Part shown: one piece after another, positions 1 through 13,595 of the stretch | Position numbering within the stretch: the stretch's first letter is position 1 | Layout of the letters: the number at the start of each line of letters is the position of its first letter | NCBI GenBank assembly: GCA_964016885.1 | Contig: OZ024740.1 | Span: 368,962,001 to 369,026,000, forward strand | DNA: 64,000 bases | Reading direction: 5' to 3' | Origin: Eledone cirrhosa | Lineage: Eukaryota | Notes under the pieces: model-generated | Database searches by the model: none | Seen by the model: the letters and a program-made list of their open reading frames with translations, nothing else | Told to the model about the DNA's origin: nothing | Position numbers and translations under genes: made by a program

Positions 1-3000
1 TACTTTGTTATAACCAGTCTATTCATCAGAGCATGCGAGAATGAACGAAATACACAGGGATGGCTTCTATATATAGTAGTGGCATTAAATCAGAACAATA
101 ATAACGATACTGAAATGAATTAGCTAGTAAATATTTAAAATAATCACAACATTAATCTAAGTAAGAAATAGAGTATACTGATGACTTTAGAATGTAAAAC
201 GAGCTGATACGAAACAGATGTATGAAATTGACATGTAAAAGCTGTCATGAGGTATATTATATATAGTGTAGAGATAACCTGGGGCTTGAAATAATGGAGG
301 ATTTACTTTACTGTAGGTTTGCTGACCGTAAGATTTATTTATTATCTGACAGATAAAATATGTTAATTGTAGTGAGGATGGTAATCTGTATGTGGTGTAA
401 AGCGGATTCCTTATTTAAGTGGTCTATATTAGATGAAGAGATTGTTAGTTCGAAACATGGGGGTTGTTTAGCTTTCACAGGTCCAATAACAAATCATGCA
501 TGAATAAGACAGCAATGATATATGAAATAAGGTAATACAGAGGTGAAGAAAGCAAGGTATATATAGAGAGAACTTGATGAATATTATTACGGATACATTG
601 GGGTGTTCATTATAACAACAGGAGGAAGGTGATATTTCAAGGTAGTAGTCAAATAATGGCAGCTCCCCATAAGTAATATTTTTTTCTGAAACAGACACAG
701 AGTTAGCCAAACAAAGACCAAATATTTTAAGTAGAAAGAGAACAAGTCTCTTATTCCAACAGATACATATAAGCGCTCTATATGGCGTAGGTAGAAACAC
801 TATATGGACAGAATGAAAATTATGGTCACACGTTGTCTATCGGGAAGTTAAGCAGGGTAAACGAAAAGGTAGATTGTGTGTGTTACAGAATGGTACAGGT
901 AGCGGCTAGTAAGATCACCAGTAAAACAAACATTTTTTCCAATTCCAACAAAATACAATACTAGAGGTTGATAAGTTCTACTATGATTTAGTAGTGTAGT
1001 AGTTTTTACTGAAAACATCATTAGAGAACGAACAGGAATGAAAACGTTCAAAGAACTTAGCTTCTAACCTTATCAACAGCAAAATGATTCTCTCTTTGAG
1101 TGAAGAGTGTATAGTTTGTACTTGCCTCAGGTGTGTGATGTAGCCAGTCAGTGATACATTGGTAGCAAATACAGAGGCTATCCTAAGGCAGCGGAGTTTG
1201 GAAGAGAGCATGCTACGAACGACATGCAATTCTAATATGCATGAAGGATGTGGTTTGAGTGAAGCGCGAAATAATATGGTATACAAATGCAATCAGACAT
1301 TGAAATATGTATGAATGGATATGACTGTTGGTAAAGTGGAGATGTGCTACGAGATGCTATTGAAAAAAAAATGTAGTAGAGGAAAACCTGGACAAGCCTG
1401 CTCAGATGTGGTTAGAGTAAATCTCAAAATATAGAACGGCAAGGAGGGGAGCTGTACTGGAATGGATATGTTCAACCCGTGGATATAAAATGATGATGAT
1501 GGAATATATGTTTTTGTCTTTGTATGTTATATATAATATATATGTGCGTGTGAGTGTGTGCGCGCGTGTGTGTGTGTTTATGTGTGTTTGTATGTGTGTG
1601 TATTTATGTGTGTATGTATCAAATGAATTATCTATCTGTAAGTACCATTCGAAACACTGCGATATGAAAGGTGAGTATTTTAGAAAATGCACTAGTAAAA
1701 ATAAAGGGAAAATATTGCTTGCATTAATTTCGACGTCAAAAATGTATCGGTTCAAATCATTAAACGAGTTGAAAAATTGCGAACATTTTCATGACAATCC
1801 TCCTACCAGTGTTTTTTTTTTATCAAGTAGTAAATGTGTTTTCAATGGAATGCAATTTACTTACGATTAAGTATGACCTCTAAGACGAATGAATAAATTA
1901 TATATATTTGAGGGCCAAAGATATTAGGGAATATCTAGTGCAAGAAAAGTATATCTGGATTACGTTAGGCAATTTTGAATTATAACATTTGCATGTATAA
2001 TATCCGCAGACCCTGTACTTTACCCTTTGACATCTGGCCATGATTCATGCAGTTCAACGTTTTCAGGATTCGGACAAATGTGGGAAACATCTCTGATTTC
2101 ACAAAATTTTTTATTTTGGTTAATGAGACGTGAAGGCCCATTTCATATTATGAAAAGAAATCCATGACATACAAATGAAAATCAAGATAAATCAGATTTA
2201 AAACGGATCGACAATGTCATCCGAGTAATGTATTAAATTTTGAAGGTATTGTTTTATTGGATGGATTTGTCATTTCTTTTTTTTTTTCATTTATAAAATA
2301 ATTTGCTTAAAAAGTATATATTGTAAATTTGGGAGAAATGTACATTATAATTTTATTTCCCTTTTTCTCATTTGTTCTCCTTTACGTACATCTACTATTA
2401 TTTATGAGACAAAAAGTGTTGACATGACTCATTCTGTGCCCTTGCTTCATGAAATTCTGCATCTGTTCACAAAAAAAGGTAAAGCACACTAAACAAAATT
2501 AGATTATATAATATACCTAAACACTTATAGTAATGTAACGACATATACCAGCTGCTGAACATTTTCAAACGTTTAGATTTGATTCGGAGAATATCAGGCA
2601 AGTTGGAATAATTGTGTAAGCTAAAATATATCGATTTGAGTCGCAGTTAATTTAGTTCTAAGTAATTGCAGTCTTGTTCGAATTAAATGTGAAGAGGGGG
2701 TTATTTTATATAATAGCTAATATGATAAGCTTCTCGACACCTGAGACGTGTATGCTATTAGTGAAATTCATTGTGTTGCAAGCTATTGGCCCATGATTCT
2801 GGTATAAGAATAACGATTACAATCCCTCCTACATTTCACGTAATCAAAAACATATTTCCTTTCATACAACTGCGGTGCTTGATTTGAAATAGATTTCACT
2901 GTTATTTCTAGCCGCCTTCCATTGTCGCTTATTTAATAAGTCGGTAGGTTTTTAGTGTTGTGGTGGTCATATTCACGCGAGTTGCAAATTTACTAATTTG

Positions 3001-3272
3001 TCAAACATGGAAAGCTTAGACATTTTTAGAGAAAGCATTTGTTCACCTCTTCGTAGTTTCATCACTTTGTTGAGAATGTCTTCCTTGGAACTAACAGTGC
3101 CTTCCACTACTCCATCGCCCCTAATATTTTACTGTTGTGGGTCCAGGCTTAGTTATTGCCTGACGGAGCTCACCTATATCGCCACTAAACATCATATATC
3201 GCTAATCACCATATGCGACCCGTTCACTAGCAGAACAACTTCGAATAGAGAAATCATAGGTCCGATAATACG

Positions 3273-3350
3273 AGAAAGAAGAAGAAGAAGAAGAAGAAGA
3301 AGAAGAAGAAGAAGAAGAAGAAGAAGAAGAAGAAGAAGAAGAAGAAGAAA
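3273..3350. repeat. (AGA)n microsatellite
   Basis: Direct read of about 25 AGA units; explains the poly-Arg ORF 2998..3354. Confidence 0.95.
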
Positions 3351-3684
3351 GTAAGGTCACAGACACAGTGAACTACTGAATCCCTTATCATATGCTGTCT
3401 TTTAAATATGTAAAAATATCTTGAGTTAACATTAGTCTGATATGTCTAATATATCGTATGACTACGTAAAGGTTTAGGCATATATTCATGCTGGAGTTAA
3501 ACATGGCCACACATCCTGAAGCTCATACAATATAGTGGCACAATGGACAGTTTTGTTGGAATCTCCATAAAATGTAATGTGAGATTTGAAGGCAGTTATT
3601 TCACGTGTAAAAAATATAGTGTTTGATGACAGAGATATTCTATCTAAAATAAAGTGTTGTCTGTGGCCGTAATGGGGCTAAATA

Positions 3685-5065
3685 TCTACTGGGGTCCAAC
3701 AGGGCGATCCTTCGGGACCACTCCTGTTGGCTCTTGGTATTGACCACATCGCCCGGAGTATCACGGCCCCTCTCAACGTTTGGTATCTGGATGATGCCAC
3801 GTTGGGCGGGCCCGTTCGGACGGTCTGTCATGACCTTCAATCGGTGGTTCCTGCCCTGGCGGGAATCGACCCCCAGGTCAACTCGGCCAAGGCGGAGGTG
3901 GCAAATGTCAGCCTCGATGCTGCGAGCATTGCAGCCTCCGTCTTGGGCGTGCGGTCCATTCTCCGCCAGATTCAGGTGCCCCCCAAAGAGGATGGCCTCA
4001 TCCTCGGGTCACCGATCCACCCGGCGGCCATCCGCTCCACCATCAGGTCCAGGTTTCAACAGCTCCAGACTCTCGAGCCGACTGGGCTTGATTGACAGCC
4101 ACCCAGCTCTCTTTCTGCTGTGGAACTGCATCGCCATGCCGAAGCCCCCCTCTATACACTCTGCAGCATTCCGTGCTACACCCAGACATCTCTCCTCGCT
4201 GACCTCGATATTTGTATCTGAACAGCAGCCGAGGGGATATGCAACTTCAAGTTTGTCGACATAGGGATTCAACAGGCCACTTTACCTGTGAGGTATGGCA
4301 GCCTTGGCCTTCGGTCCCCGATCTCACTAGCTTTCCCGGCGTATCTTTCGTCATTAATCTCGTGCCGAGATACATGGTCCACCATGTATCTTTGAAGAAC
4401 ACAACAGAACCCTCTGTGTTCAGAGAATGTGAGGCCGCCTGTGAGACGTGGGACCGGCTGACACTTAGCCCAATATACGTCCCTCCTCCTTCTCCCTCGC
4501 TTGTCGTCAAGTCCCCTCGACGCACCTGGGATGCCATCCAGTGCAGCCTGGCCTCAGACAGGCTCACGTGCCAGCTCGACCAGCACCGACTTGCTTGCTT
4601 TCGTGTGGCCTCCAAACCCCACAGTGGTGCCTGGCTCCATGCCCTGCCCTCCTTCTCCACAAGCAGGCAGCTAGACAACCATAGACTGCGAATCGGCGTT
4701 TCCCTGAGTCTCAGCCTCTGGATCTGCCAGCCTCACCAATGTAGCTGCGGTCCACCGTGGACTCTTTCGGCCTCCACCCGCTTTCCTGTCGCCACAGTGC
4801 CGGCCGCATTCCATGCCATGCTGCCCTCAACGACGTCATTAAGCATGGCTTGGACACTGCAGGCTTCCCTTCCCAGCTCGAGCCGCTGGGGCTGGGTCTA
4901 GGGGGCGGCTAAAAGCCAGGTGGCATGACCATCTTCTCGTTCCGCGGTGGCAAACCCCTTGTCTGGGATGTCACTTCCACCGACACTTTCTGCAGCCGCA
5001 GCCTGGTGCAGTCTGCGACTAACCCATGTTCTGCTGCACGTCGGGCTGACAGAGCCAAACTCCTC
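3685..5065 (+). mobile_element. 5'-truncated, frameshifted non-LTR retrotransposon (RT plus CCHC plus RLE endonuclease, CRE-like clade)
   Basis: GC-rich island. Translations across frames give GVQQGDPSGP (RT motif B), NVWYLDDATLGG (catalytic YLDD), [33 protein letters not shown] (zinc knuckle) and LEP..KPGGMTIFSFRGGKPLVWDVT (RLE, where the usual RPDG is decayed). Confidence 0.85.
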
Positions 5066-5599
5066 ACAGCATTAACAGACCTTATATGAACTGAGAATTA
5101 TATGTCATATTATTTGAATTCCACAATGATTCCTTTGAAAGTAAGGTTAAATGAATATAAAAAAAGCTGGTGTGCACAATAAAATAGCATAAATCAGTTT
5201 GTATTTCTAAGAACAATACGAATCTAAACAGAAGTAACATTAATATTTAAATGCTGATTCACATAAAAATAAGGTCAACTAAATATAATTTTGTATAACA
5301 TTTTTCTTGTTAAGATAAAGTTCCATGTTAACGGAACATACCTAAGGAAAAAGCAGCTGGATATTTTGTGTTGAATATAAGCCATTCTTTTACAACATTG
5401 ATCGTCTTTTGAGGAAAAACGTTTCTATTAGAATAGTTTAGATCTGAATTCATATGAGTATCGCATTCAAAATATTGATATCCTTGTTCTTTAACAATAT
5501 ATATACCGATCCACACGCAACATATAAGAATTATGGGTAAACGTGCTTACGCATACATACACAATTACATATATACATAGACACACATACACACATATG

Positions 5600-5673
<74 letters not shown>

Positions 5674-5889
5674 AGTGTGTGTGTGTGTATGTGTGTGTCG
5701 CATTTCACCTGCTTGTGGTGACGTTGATAACGTTGCTAGAATACATTTGTCCTTGGAGAGATATTAAGTGCGAGATTAGACGGTGTGACCAGTAGTTTCT
5801 GTATTAGGTGACAACCACGTAAGGTTTCCACAAAGAGGAATATGCCTATGTTATTCATGTATATATATATATATATATATATACACATC

Positions 5890-5929
5890 CCGAGCTGAAA
5901 ATCCGCGAAGGTGAAACAATTGTTCTCGG
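5890..5929 (+). ncRNA. Type I hammerhead ribozyme, family A (G8A decayed core), in a PLE 3' end fragment 5881-6030
   Basis: ccgag CTGAAAA tccgcgaaggt GAAA caattg TT ctcgg. 5881-6030 closely matches 48591-48740, where the core is CTGAAGA. Confidence 0.7.
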
Positions 5930-6044
5930 TATGGTGCACTAACTGTTGTGTAACCACTTGTACCTAACTCGTGCCTTGGACTGAGTGCTCTACCACTACG
6001 GATATTACCTTCCAGTTTCCACCACTATATATATAAGAACGAAA

Positions 6045-6237
6045 GACTTGCTGAAGAAGTAAATGCTATGTTCTGTCGTCAAAAACCATTATATTGCAGA
6101 CTCCTGCAAAAGGAATTTGTCGATCATGGATTTGCAGAAACTTAGCGCTGTCGCTGCGTGCGATTTTTCGATCTATATTGTGGAAACACCATGTGGATTG
6201 TATATTTTACACCCAGCCTCAGCGTTATGTCCAGGTC
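6045..6237 (+). ncRNA. Giant type I hammerhead (family B), copy 1
   Basis: Stem I gacttg/caggtc; CTGAAGA at 6051; stem II gtaaatgc(t)atg...catggatttgc; GAAA at 6137; stem III c-t-tagcgctg...cagcgtta-t-g; GUC site 6229-6231. Confidence 0.75.
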
Positions 6238-6693
6238 AGTAAAAAATCTTTACCTGGGTCCCGTATTTCCGTTTGCTCTAGTGATGCGGTCGGACTGCCG
6301 ACTGCTATATCTAATTTGCTAAGCTGTCTGAACATAATGTTATACTCTGGTGTCTTACCTCATATGAGTGCTAAAGTTACAAACCGAATAAGCATACACG
6401 CTAGCTTGGCCGTATACTAGAGCTTCGTCTATGCTGTACTAAAATTTATATTTACTCCTAGAATTAACGATTAACTGATTAATTTTATTTGATGATTCTA
6501 TTGATTAATTAATTGTTTAAGTTTGTTTGATAACTTCTAGTCGAGTGCTTTATTCGGTTTGAATAAGGGGATTCATTCCTTTATCTCAAATTAGAATACA
6601 CCGCCTAAGCGGGGATTACCTCCCTTCGGATAAACCCATGTGTCTGTGGCGAACTTTAAAGTCACAGCATACCCGCTTTGGCTAAGAATGAAA

Positions 6694-6886
6694 GACTTGC
6701 TGAAGAAGTAAATCCTATGTTCTGTCGTCAAAAACCATTATATTGCAGACTCCTGCAATAGGAATTTGTCGATCATGGATTTGCAGAAACTTATCGCAGT
6801 CGCTGCGTGCGATTTTGCGATCAATATTGTGGAAACACCATGTGGATTGTATATTTTACGCCCAGCCTTAGCGTTATGTCCAGGTC
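6694..6886 (+). ncRNA. Giant type I hammerhead (family B), copy 2
   Basis: Same architecture; CTGAAGA at 6700; stem II gtaaatcc(t)atg/catggatttgc; GUC site 6878-6880. Confidence 0.75.
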
Positions 6887-7092
6887 AGTAAAAAATCTTT
6901 ACCTGGGTCCTGTATTTCCGTTTGCTCTAGTGATGCGGTCGGACTGCCGACTGCTGTATCTAATTTGCTAAGCTGTCTGAACATAATGTTATACTCTGGG
7001 GTTTTACCTCATATGAGTGCTAAAGTTACAAACCGAATAAGCATACACGCTAGCTTGGCCGTATACTAGAGCTTCGTCTATGCTGTACTAAA

Positions 7093-7181
<89 letters not shown>

Positions 7182-7497
7182 GATTTTGAGTTTATGTTGG
7201 TTGTATACCAACACCTTAGTATGCAGGCTGGAGCACTCGACGAAGTGCGCAGGTTGGTTTGGTTACTCCGGAGTAGTGTAAAATAAAGTTAAATAAAAGT
7301 CAAATGATTAAAATTTAGCTTCGTTTATTACTGCTATATATATTTCAGTGACAGCCATCTTTGGCTGTGACCTCTTCAGGCAGTTTGAATTAGTATGGTA
7401 TAGACAAGTACATATGTTGTTTAGGTGTATGATATTGTCAATACTCTGATATGCCCAGTTCCTTGTTGGGTTGTTAATTCACTGGGGAACTTGAGTC
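7182..7497 (-). mobile_element. PLE-type terminal fragment, family C, with hammerhead at 7330-7384
   Basis: Minus strand: actgc CTGAAGA ggtcacagcca aaga tggctgtcact GAAA tatata TA gcagt aataaa. Homologous to 22855-23167 (+), 32672-32885 and 33435-33648. Confidence 0.85.
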
Positions 7498-7516
7498 ATA
7501 TATATATATATATATG

Positions 7517-7693
7517 AAGCAATGAAGGTGGGGTGAGATACATGGTGGACCATAACGCACCAAAGTACTCAATACTTAGGGTAATAGGAAGAGAGTCAGG
7601 ACCCCGAAGGCTGAGCTCCGGCCGTTTCGACAGTTCGGATCTAGCTGTTGAAACGGCCGGAGCTCAGATGTCGGTGTCCTGACTCTTTTCCTA
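7517..7693. mobile_element. Foldback element, family D (internally deleted relative of 31889-32508)
   Basis: Hairpin 7585-7693 retaining the GAAACGGC..GAGCTCAG..GTC half of a hammerhead. Its tail 7517-7590 matches the reverse complement of 32430-32505. Confidence 0.75.
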
Positions 7694-8444
7694 TATATAT
7701 ATAATAGAGATGTATATAATACGTTTATATTCAATAAACGCATGGGCAACCTCTCTACCGAGGAAACATATGTATTGTTAACGAAATGAAAACGAAGTAT
7801 TATATTCTGCGAGAATCAGACAACGCTGTTTCATGATTCGTTACCCTTTCATCAGTAACACTTACGCAGAACACACTGACATTGAAGGAACTGTAGTCTA
7901 TATAGTATTTTACGTGATGATCAACTTCTGGGTACTCTCGTTTGCATATAGCAAATAGAAAACTTCGACTGGTAGTGGTCATTCACATATATTGCAAGCT
8001 TGGCTGGTTGTTTAATTTGTGGTAGCAGTATGTCAGCGTTTAAGCATAGCAGAAGTGCACATGGTGTCATAAAAACATACCTTAAAATATGGGTGGCTTC
8101 AAAGAGAAATTCTATATAGAATATACTGTTTTCTATGCCAGTGTCTTCTGAAGGAGTGTTACTGAGAAAAGATTTGCGAATCTTGAAACAGCGTTCACTG
8201 ATGCACTCATAATTTACTGGCAAATCTAGGATATATTCATAAAGGAAATATGGGAAAATAGCAATAAAATTATAATTCTTCCGTTTCGTTATGAAAGCAT
8301 AATTTTCTTCGGAAACGACCCTACCTGTATTGTATACAAACGTATTATATATACTAATGAATGTCTTCATATATATATATATACATATATTACTTTTAAA
8401 TGCTGTCTTAATGTTACCGCCGATCAGTTATAACAGTGACATAT

Positions 8445-8495
8445 TCAGCTACTTAAGTTTCGTTGGGTTGCTACCCCAACATTTTCAGCGTGCTA
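8445..8495 (-). ncRNA. Degenerate type I hammerhead
   Basis: Minus strand: CTGAAAA t-gttggg gtagcaa cccaac GAAA cttaag TA gctg. Palindromic stem III, good stem II, but G8A and a disturbed stem I. Confidence 0.5.
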
Positions 8496-9379
8496 TATTG
8501 GGATAGAGTACCACAAAGGAGCTTCTTGGTAGTATAGTAGAGTTCTAAGTGCACGTAATATATTACATTTTAGAAAAGCAATGTTTGCTAACGCTACCAA
8601 GGAAAGAAGGACAAAATTGACAAAGTAAATTAAATGAGGAGACGGATTAATTTGAAAAGTCGAAATATTTTAATCTGGACTAGATCATTAAATTAAATAA
8701 CAGCAACACTAAAATAAATATTCAATAAATATACAGTTCATATAATAATTCCTGTATAAAATGCCACCATAATATTTGTAGCATGTATTTCTTTCTGTGA
8801 AAATTCTGTAATTATTATTATCTTTTTTATTTTAAGCCATTATGGTTTCATGGGCATTTTCCTATCCTTTACGTTATATAATTATTTTTTGCAGCAACCG
8901 AAAAAGGCACGGCGTCCGGTTCACACCACAATCTTCCAATTATATCTTCGTTGAGGAATAAATGAAAAAAAAACAAAACAAAAATGGAGTTTCTTCGAAA
9001 GACACCCTGACCCTATAATCCTGTTGTACAAAGCATAATATAGAAGTGACACATACATGACAATGGCAGTAATAGTGGAATATGAGCGTATGCCAACGTC
9101 CAGAATGTAAACATGTACCTTACAAGAAAATTAATTTTCCCTGTAGTGTAGTGTTTCACTCTTCTGCTCATATACCATATATTTATTAGCATGATCTCGG
9201 GTGGTAATGTATGGATAAATTCAACTTCAATTTTCATTGCGTGTGGTAAAAAGTGTCGTTAATATATCAAAAGTAAACACAATCCATAAACACTGTTTCA
9301 GTCTTTATGTATTTTCGCCAATCCACACAGTACTGGAAATGTTCGGCGAAAGAGAATTCGTAATTGTGATATATATGGC

Positions 9380-9710
9380 TTTCGGCGGGGCCATGTTCAC
9401 GAGTGATGAAAGGCAGAAGGCTGAATTAAGTACAAGAATTGCACAAGCTGGTGAACTAATGAACCAGCTGCAGCTTTCGGTAATCAGAAGAAGGGAGGTA
9501 TGTGTAAACGCCTTACTCGCTATCTTCAATACGTTATACATATCAACCCTTATTTTTTGAGAAATTATAGCTCCAAACCTATGGGCATGTGATTAGAATG
9601 TCTCAGGAAAGAATTACTAGTCAGATTTTACTGACAACACCAATAGACAGGAGACCGGGTGTTAGACCCCGCACAAAAGCGTTGGATAATATTCATGACC
9701 TTGGCTATTC
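9380..9710 (+). mobile_element. RTE-clade LINE 3' fragment
   Basis: FTSDERQKAELSTRIAQAG..LAIFNTLYISTL and GHVIRMSQERI..RRPGVRPRT..DNIHDLG match the RTE C-terminal region. Confidence 0.75.
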
Positions 9711-10502
9711 ATGTGTGTCTATCTCTGTGTGTGCATGCGTGTGTGTGTTGTTGTGTGTATGTATGTGTATGAGTGTGTGTAGGGGGGGGGGGGGGTAAAT
9801 GAGTGAGTGAGTGCCCTAGCCATCACAATAATAATCAGATATATGTACTGTACCTATTCCAAGAGGAATCTGAATTGTGCTACAAAAGTTATACTGATAT
9901 GGTCACAATCGCAATACAGAGAATTTCGACAGTATATGAAATTCTTTGTTCTAACATTGCCAGAAATTATATCTCGTTATTGAGACTCTATGCCACAAGG
10001 CATACATATTATTTCATTGTATCGGCGCTGGGGAACATTAATAATATTATTTTTAAAATTAATGTAGAATATGAAAATAGTTTTTACATTTTACATTTTA
10101 CCTTTTAACAGTTATATCCATTTTTACATTTAATATATTTGTATTTCCACTGATTTCTTCATCAGTTTCAAATATTTAACTTAAGTTTGTTCAGTTAGCA
10201 ATTTTAGGACACAGAAAATGAACTTAACAAATGGAAGTCACGAAGAAATAAAAAAAATCATAAAAATATAATAATCAATATACTTTATCAAAACACTTCT
10301 AATAAAATTCTGACATGAAATATTGTTTAAAAAATTTGTTTAAAGATGTTCGTGAAAGGAAATTTTGCATTAATTCTATTTGCAGACAATTCACATCAAT
10401 TATCGAATTCTCAAGTCATAAAATAATTTATTCTTAAAATTCTATGTTGAGACTTCGATATCAACACTGCCTCCTTGATTGTTTTGAAAAAGAATTATAT
10501 AA

Positions 10503-10610
10503 AATGATGATAATGACCATGATGATGATGATGATGATGATGAAAATGATGATGATGATGATGATGTTGATGATGATGATGATGATGATAATGTTTAGAA
10601 TAATAATAAT
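10503..10610. repeat. (ATG)n/(ATA)n microsatellite
   Basis: Direct read; explains the poly-Met ORF. Confidence 0.9.
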
Positions 10611-10825
10611 AATTGTTTCTATTTTAGGCGCAAGGCCAGCAATTTGAAGAAGGGGGGAACAAGTCGATTAAATTGACATTAGTGCATTGCTGGTGCTTTA
10701 TTTTATCGACCGCGTAAGGATGAAAGGAAAAGCTAACCTCGATTGGATTTGAACTCGCAACGTAAAGGGACGTAACTCTACGTTGCTAAACAAGTTGCAC
10801 GACGCTCTAAGGCTACTGCCAAACC
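10610..10825 (-). mobile_element. tRNA-derived SINE (older, longer variant)
   Basis: Shares the B-box (GAGTTC..ATCC) and the central CCTTTCATCCTTACG..GTCGATAAAATAAAG block with the other copies; carries an extra internal segment. Confidence 0.8.
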
Positions 10826-11449
10826 AATGATAATAGTAATAAATTCAAATTCAAAATCGTTAGTTTAAAATGTTATGGAGACAGGGGCAGTCGCAGACGT
10901 CAAGCTATCCATACCACTACACATAATAGCAGAGATAACAACGAACATTGCTGATCCCTCAAATAAGTCTATAGAACAACGCCGGATAATTACAACAACA
11001 AAAAATCAAAATCAGCAACTGCTCAGAAAGTAATAATATAATAATGATACCGACCATTCGCCAAACCTTTTTTCTATGGTAAATGCAAAAACAAAAACAA
11101 TAATAATTTGAATGGAAAAGAAAGCACCAGCCTATACTAATCACGCTGACTTTCGCCGTGGCAAAAGACGTTCGCCGGGGCAAAAGACTTTCGCCGGGAC
11201 ATTAATATTCATATGATAACATGAAATATACAAAAACAACAACCTGCAGCAACAGCATCCAAACCTTCTCCACCAGCAGAGAAACGTTAAAAAAAAATAG
11301 CACTTTTACACAACATCTTTCTTAGTCTCACCGTCACCAGCACCACTACCAACTTCTGCGAAGTCACTGCAACAGTGATAACTTGAACACGCAGCAATAG
11401 CAGTGGAAAGACAACAACAAACATAACAACAGAAACAAGTCCCAACCCT

Positions 11450-11830
11450 GGAGTTTAGCTTTGCTTATTGTCTCCATTACAGTGCGGGAATTCTTGTATG
11501 GAATGTAATCGAGCAAAACGCATTGGATAGAAAGACAAAGAAATTAATGAATGTCTATAGTACGTATGCTGCTGTTGAAACGCCGTACTTATAGAGATCG
11601 CATTATGGGGGTGTCTTATCAGCGTGGACGACTGTGTTTCATTGGAGAAGAGATATTTACAAAACTATGTGTGTGAGAGTAACGAGGGAATGTTTAAGCC
11701 TGTATTGAATGAGGAGGTAATAGACCAGAGAATATCAAAGAAAGAAGTAACGATGAAAGAGGAAAAGCAGCTTGTATGAAAAAGCCATTCATAGAATATT
11801 CTTGAAGAAACAGAATTCAGGGTCCAAGCA
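11450..11830 (+). mobile_element. R4/Dong-like non-LTR retrotransposon relic
   Basis: HYSAGILVWNVIEQNALDRKTKKLMNVY..YL*R..GG..LISVDDCVSLE resembles the R4/Dong post-RT motif (YSAG..W...LDRKTRKLM..LY..R..GGRGLISVEDCV). Confidence 0.65.
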
Positions 11831-13502
11831 TAAGTGACCGGGTAAAGAAAAGGGATCTTAAGAAAGCTATAGTTAGCTAAGAGTTAAACTATTCATAGAC
11901 ACTTCAATTAGTTTATATTAGTAACGTTATGCTTGTAAGTTCCATTACGTCAAAGCCAATTTTGAAAATCTACTAAATATTAGTTTTTAATTGTAGCATT
12001 TCTTTCAATTTTCAACAGTTTTTCCTTGTCTAATGTAAGGACTGTTGACACTATACACCTTTGGCTAGGATTTATTCTATTCTAAGGGAGGATTCTTCCT
12101 TGCCAGATGAGAAAGCTTGCCAATTATGGCTGTCATGAAACATCTCTGAAAAACGGTACTCCTGGATGTAGATGAAAGTAGTCACACAATTAGACATTGT
12201 TTCCTAGCACTGAGGAAGGATATAATATTAATTCTGCTAATTTTAGAGCTGACATTTCTTTTGTGAATTGATTAGTAAAAAGTAATCCTAAGATCAGCTG
12301 TTTGAGTGTAAAAATCAGGACTTACAAAATGATAATACCTTCACGAAATCAAATAATCCATATCAGTTTAAACGGACTGCTAAATGGATAGTGGCTAGAG
12401 AAGACCATATGCAGACTTTCGGGCTGAGAGTATTTATCAACCTCCATGAAACTATAACAGTACAGATACATTTGTACATGATGCAGAGTGATGAAATTGT
12501 GGGTCATTTGGTTGCTACGTCTATAGTTCACCAGGAACTAAAATTTCACCGTTGTATTTTCCATTTTATATACCGTAGGGGGCAATTTGAGAGATATTTA
12601 ACAGTTATTTCTAGCTCATTGATTGGCGTAGATAAGACCTATATTCCAGTCATCAGTGATAGTTAAGCTAAGGTCATTGACTGATCAAAAGTATTCCAAA
12701 TGTGGTCAACCTATTTTCTATTTTCCTTTTTGTGATTTTGACATAGTGTATCAAAAACATGATTATGTCCTTCTTATATTAATTTGATATAACGTACCAG
12801 TAATGTACTGGTTAATTGCTGGCCTTGTGCCTAAAATAGAAGCAATTAATTTGAAATAAATTAGGGACTGAAATGTGGGAGATTTTGCTTATAATTCAAA
12901 TAAGTAAAATAACGTGAAACACTTGTGTGACTGTCTTTGTTATTGTGGTATTTGCTGCGTGTATATGTATGTATGTGTGTGTGTGTGCGTGTGTGTATGT
13001 GTGTGCGTGTTTATATATGTATGTCTCTTTTTGTATGGATATTTTGTGTTTCTTTGAGAGAGAGAGAGGGACAGAGAGAGAGAGAAAGAGAGGATTAATG
13101 TATATTACTCAAGTGGTGTGAAGTGGCCTCAGTCTCATAGATATAACCAGTAAAATACAGATATAGAAAGACAGGTAGATAAGAAGTGTTATTTATACAG
13201 AATTATTACAAAACATCACAGGCGTAGATGGATTGAGATAACTAATCCTATGAAAAGGGATCTTCTGTGATTTTCCACATTTGTATTACGATTTCTGGTT
13301 ATACAAACTGGTTATACACCTTAGCCACCTCTTCTACGGCTTTGATATAAGTACCCGTTCTGCCTCCGTGGTATTTTTGTTCATGGTTGTAAGAGGCTTA
13401 GCTCAGTTTCTTGACCGCTGTATCACGTGATTGACTCCCCCTCCGCCTTTCGGGATTCTATCTCGCGTCCTACGGACGGGTTTTGAAACTCTTAATGAGG
13501 TA

Positions 13503-13595
13503 TCCTCTTGATAATTCGGCAGACCTCACAAAAATTCTATATCCCTGTGATGTAGTGTTTTTGCATAATATGCCACGAAACTACGTAGTCGAGGA
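13503..13595 (+). ncRNA. Type I hammerhead with U3-A8 core (family F), copy 1
   Basis: tcctc TTGATAA ttcggca...tgccac GAAA ctacgtag TC gagga; palindromic stem III; GUC at 13588-13590. Confidence 0.8.

Larger units (their letters stand above)
6034..7100 (+). mobile_element. Non-coding LTR-like (retrozyme-like) element: two ~418-bp direct repeats, each with a hammerhead, plus a ~230-bp spacer, TA-flanked
   Basis: 6034-6452 is nearly identical to 6683-7100; both ends abut (TA)n; no recognisable protein. Confidence 0.8.

Noticed and set aside
1-1400. Strand-skewed region with overlapping minus-strand ORFs, possibly a decayed retroelement ORF (an ILLMGSCH stretch faintly like an SGNH motif)
   Set aside because: No convincing domain motif. 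The short similarities to 41200-42000 occur in a different order and may be chance.
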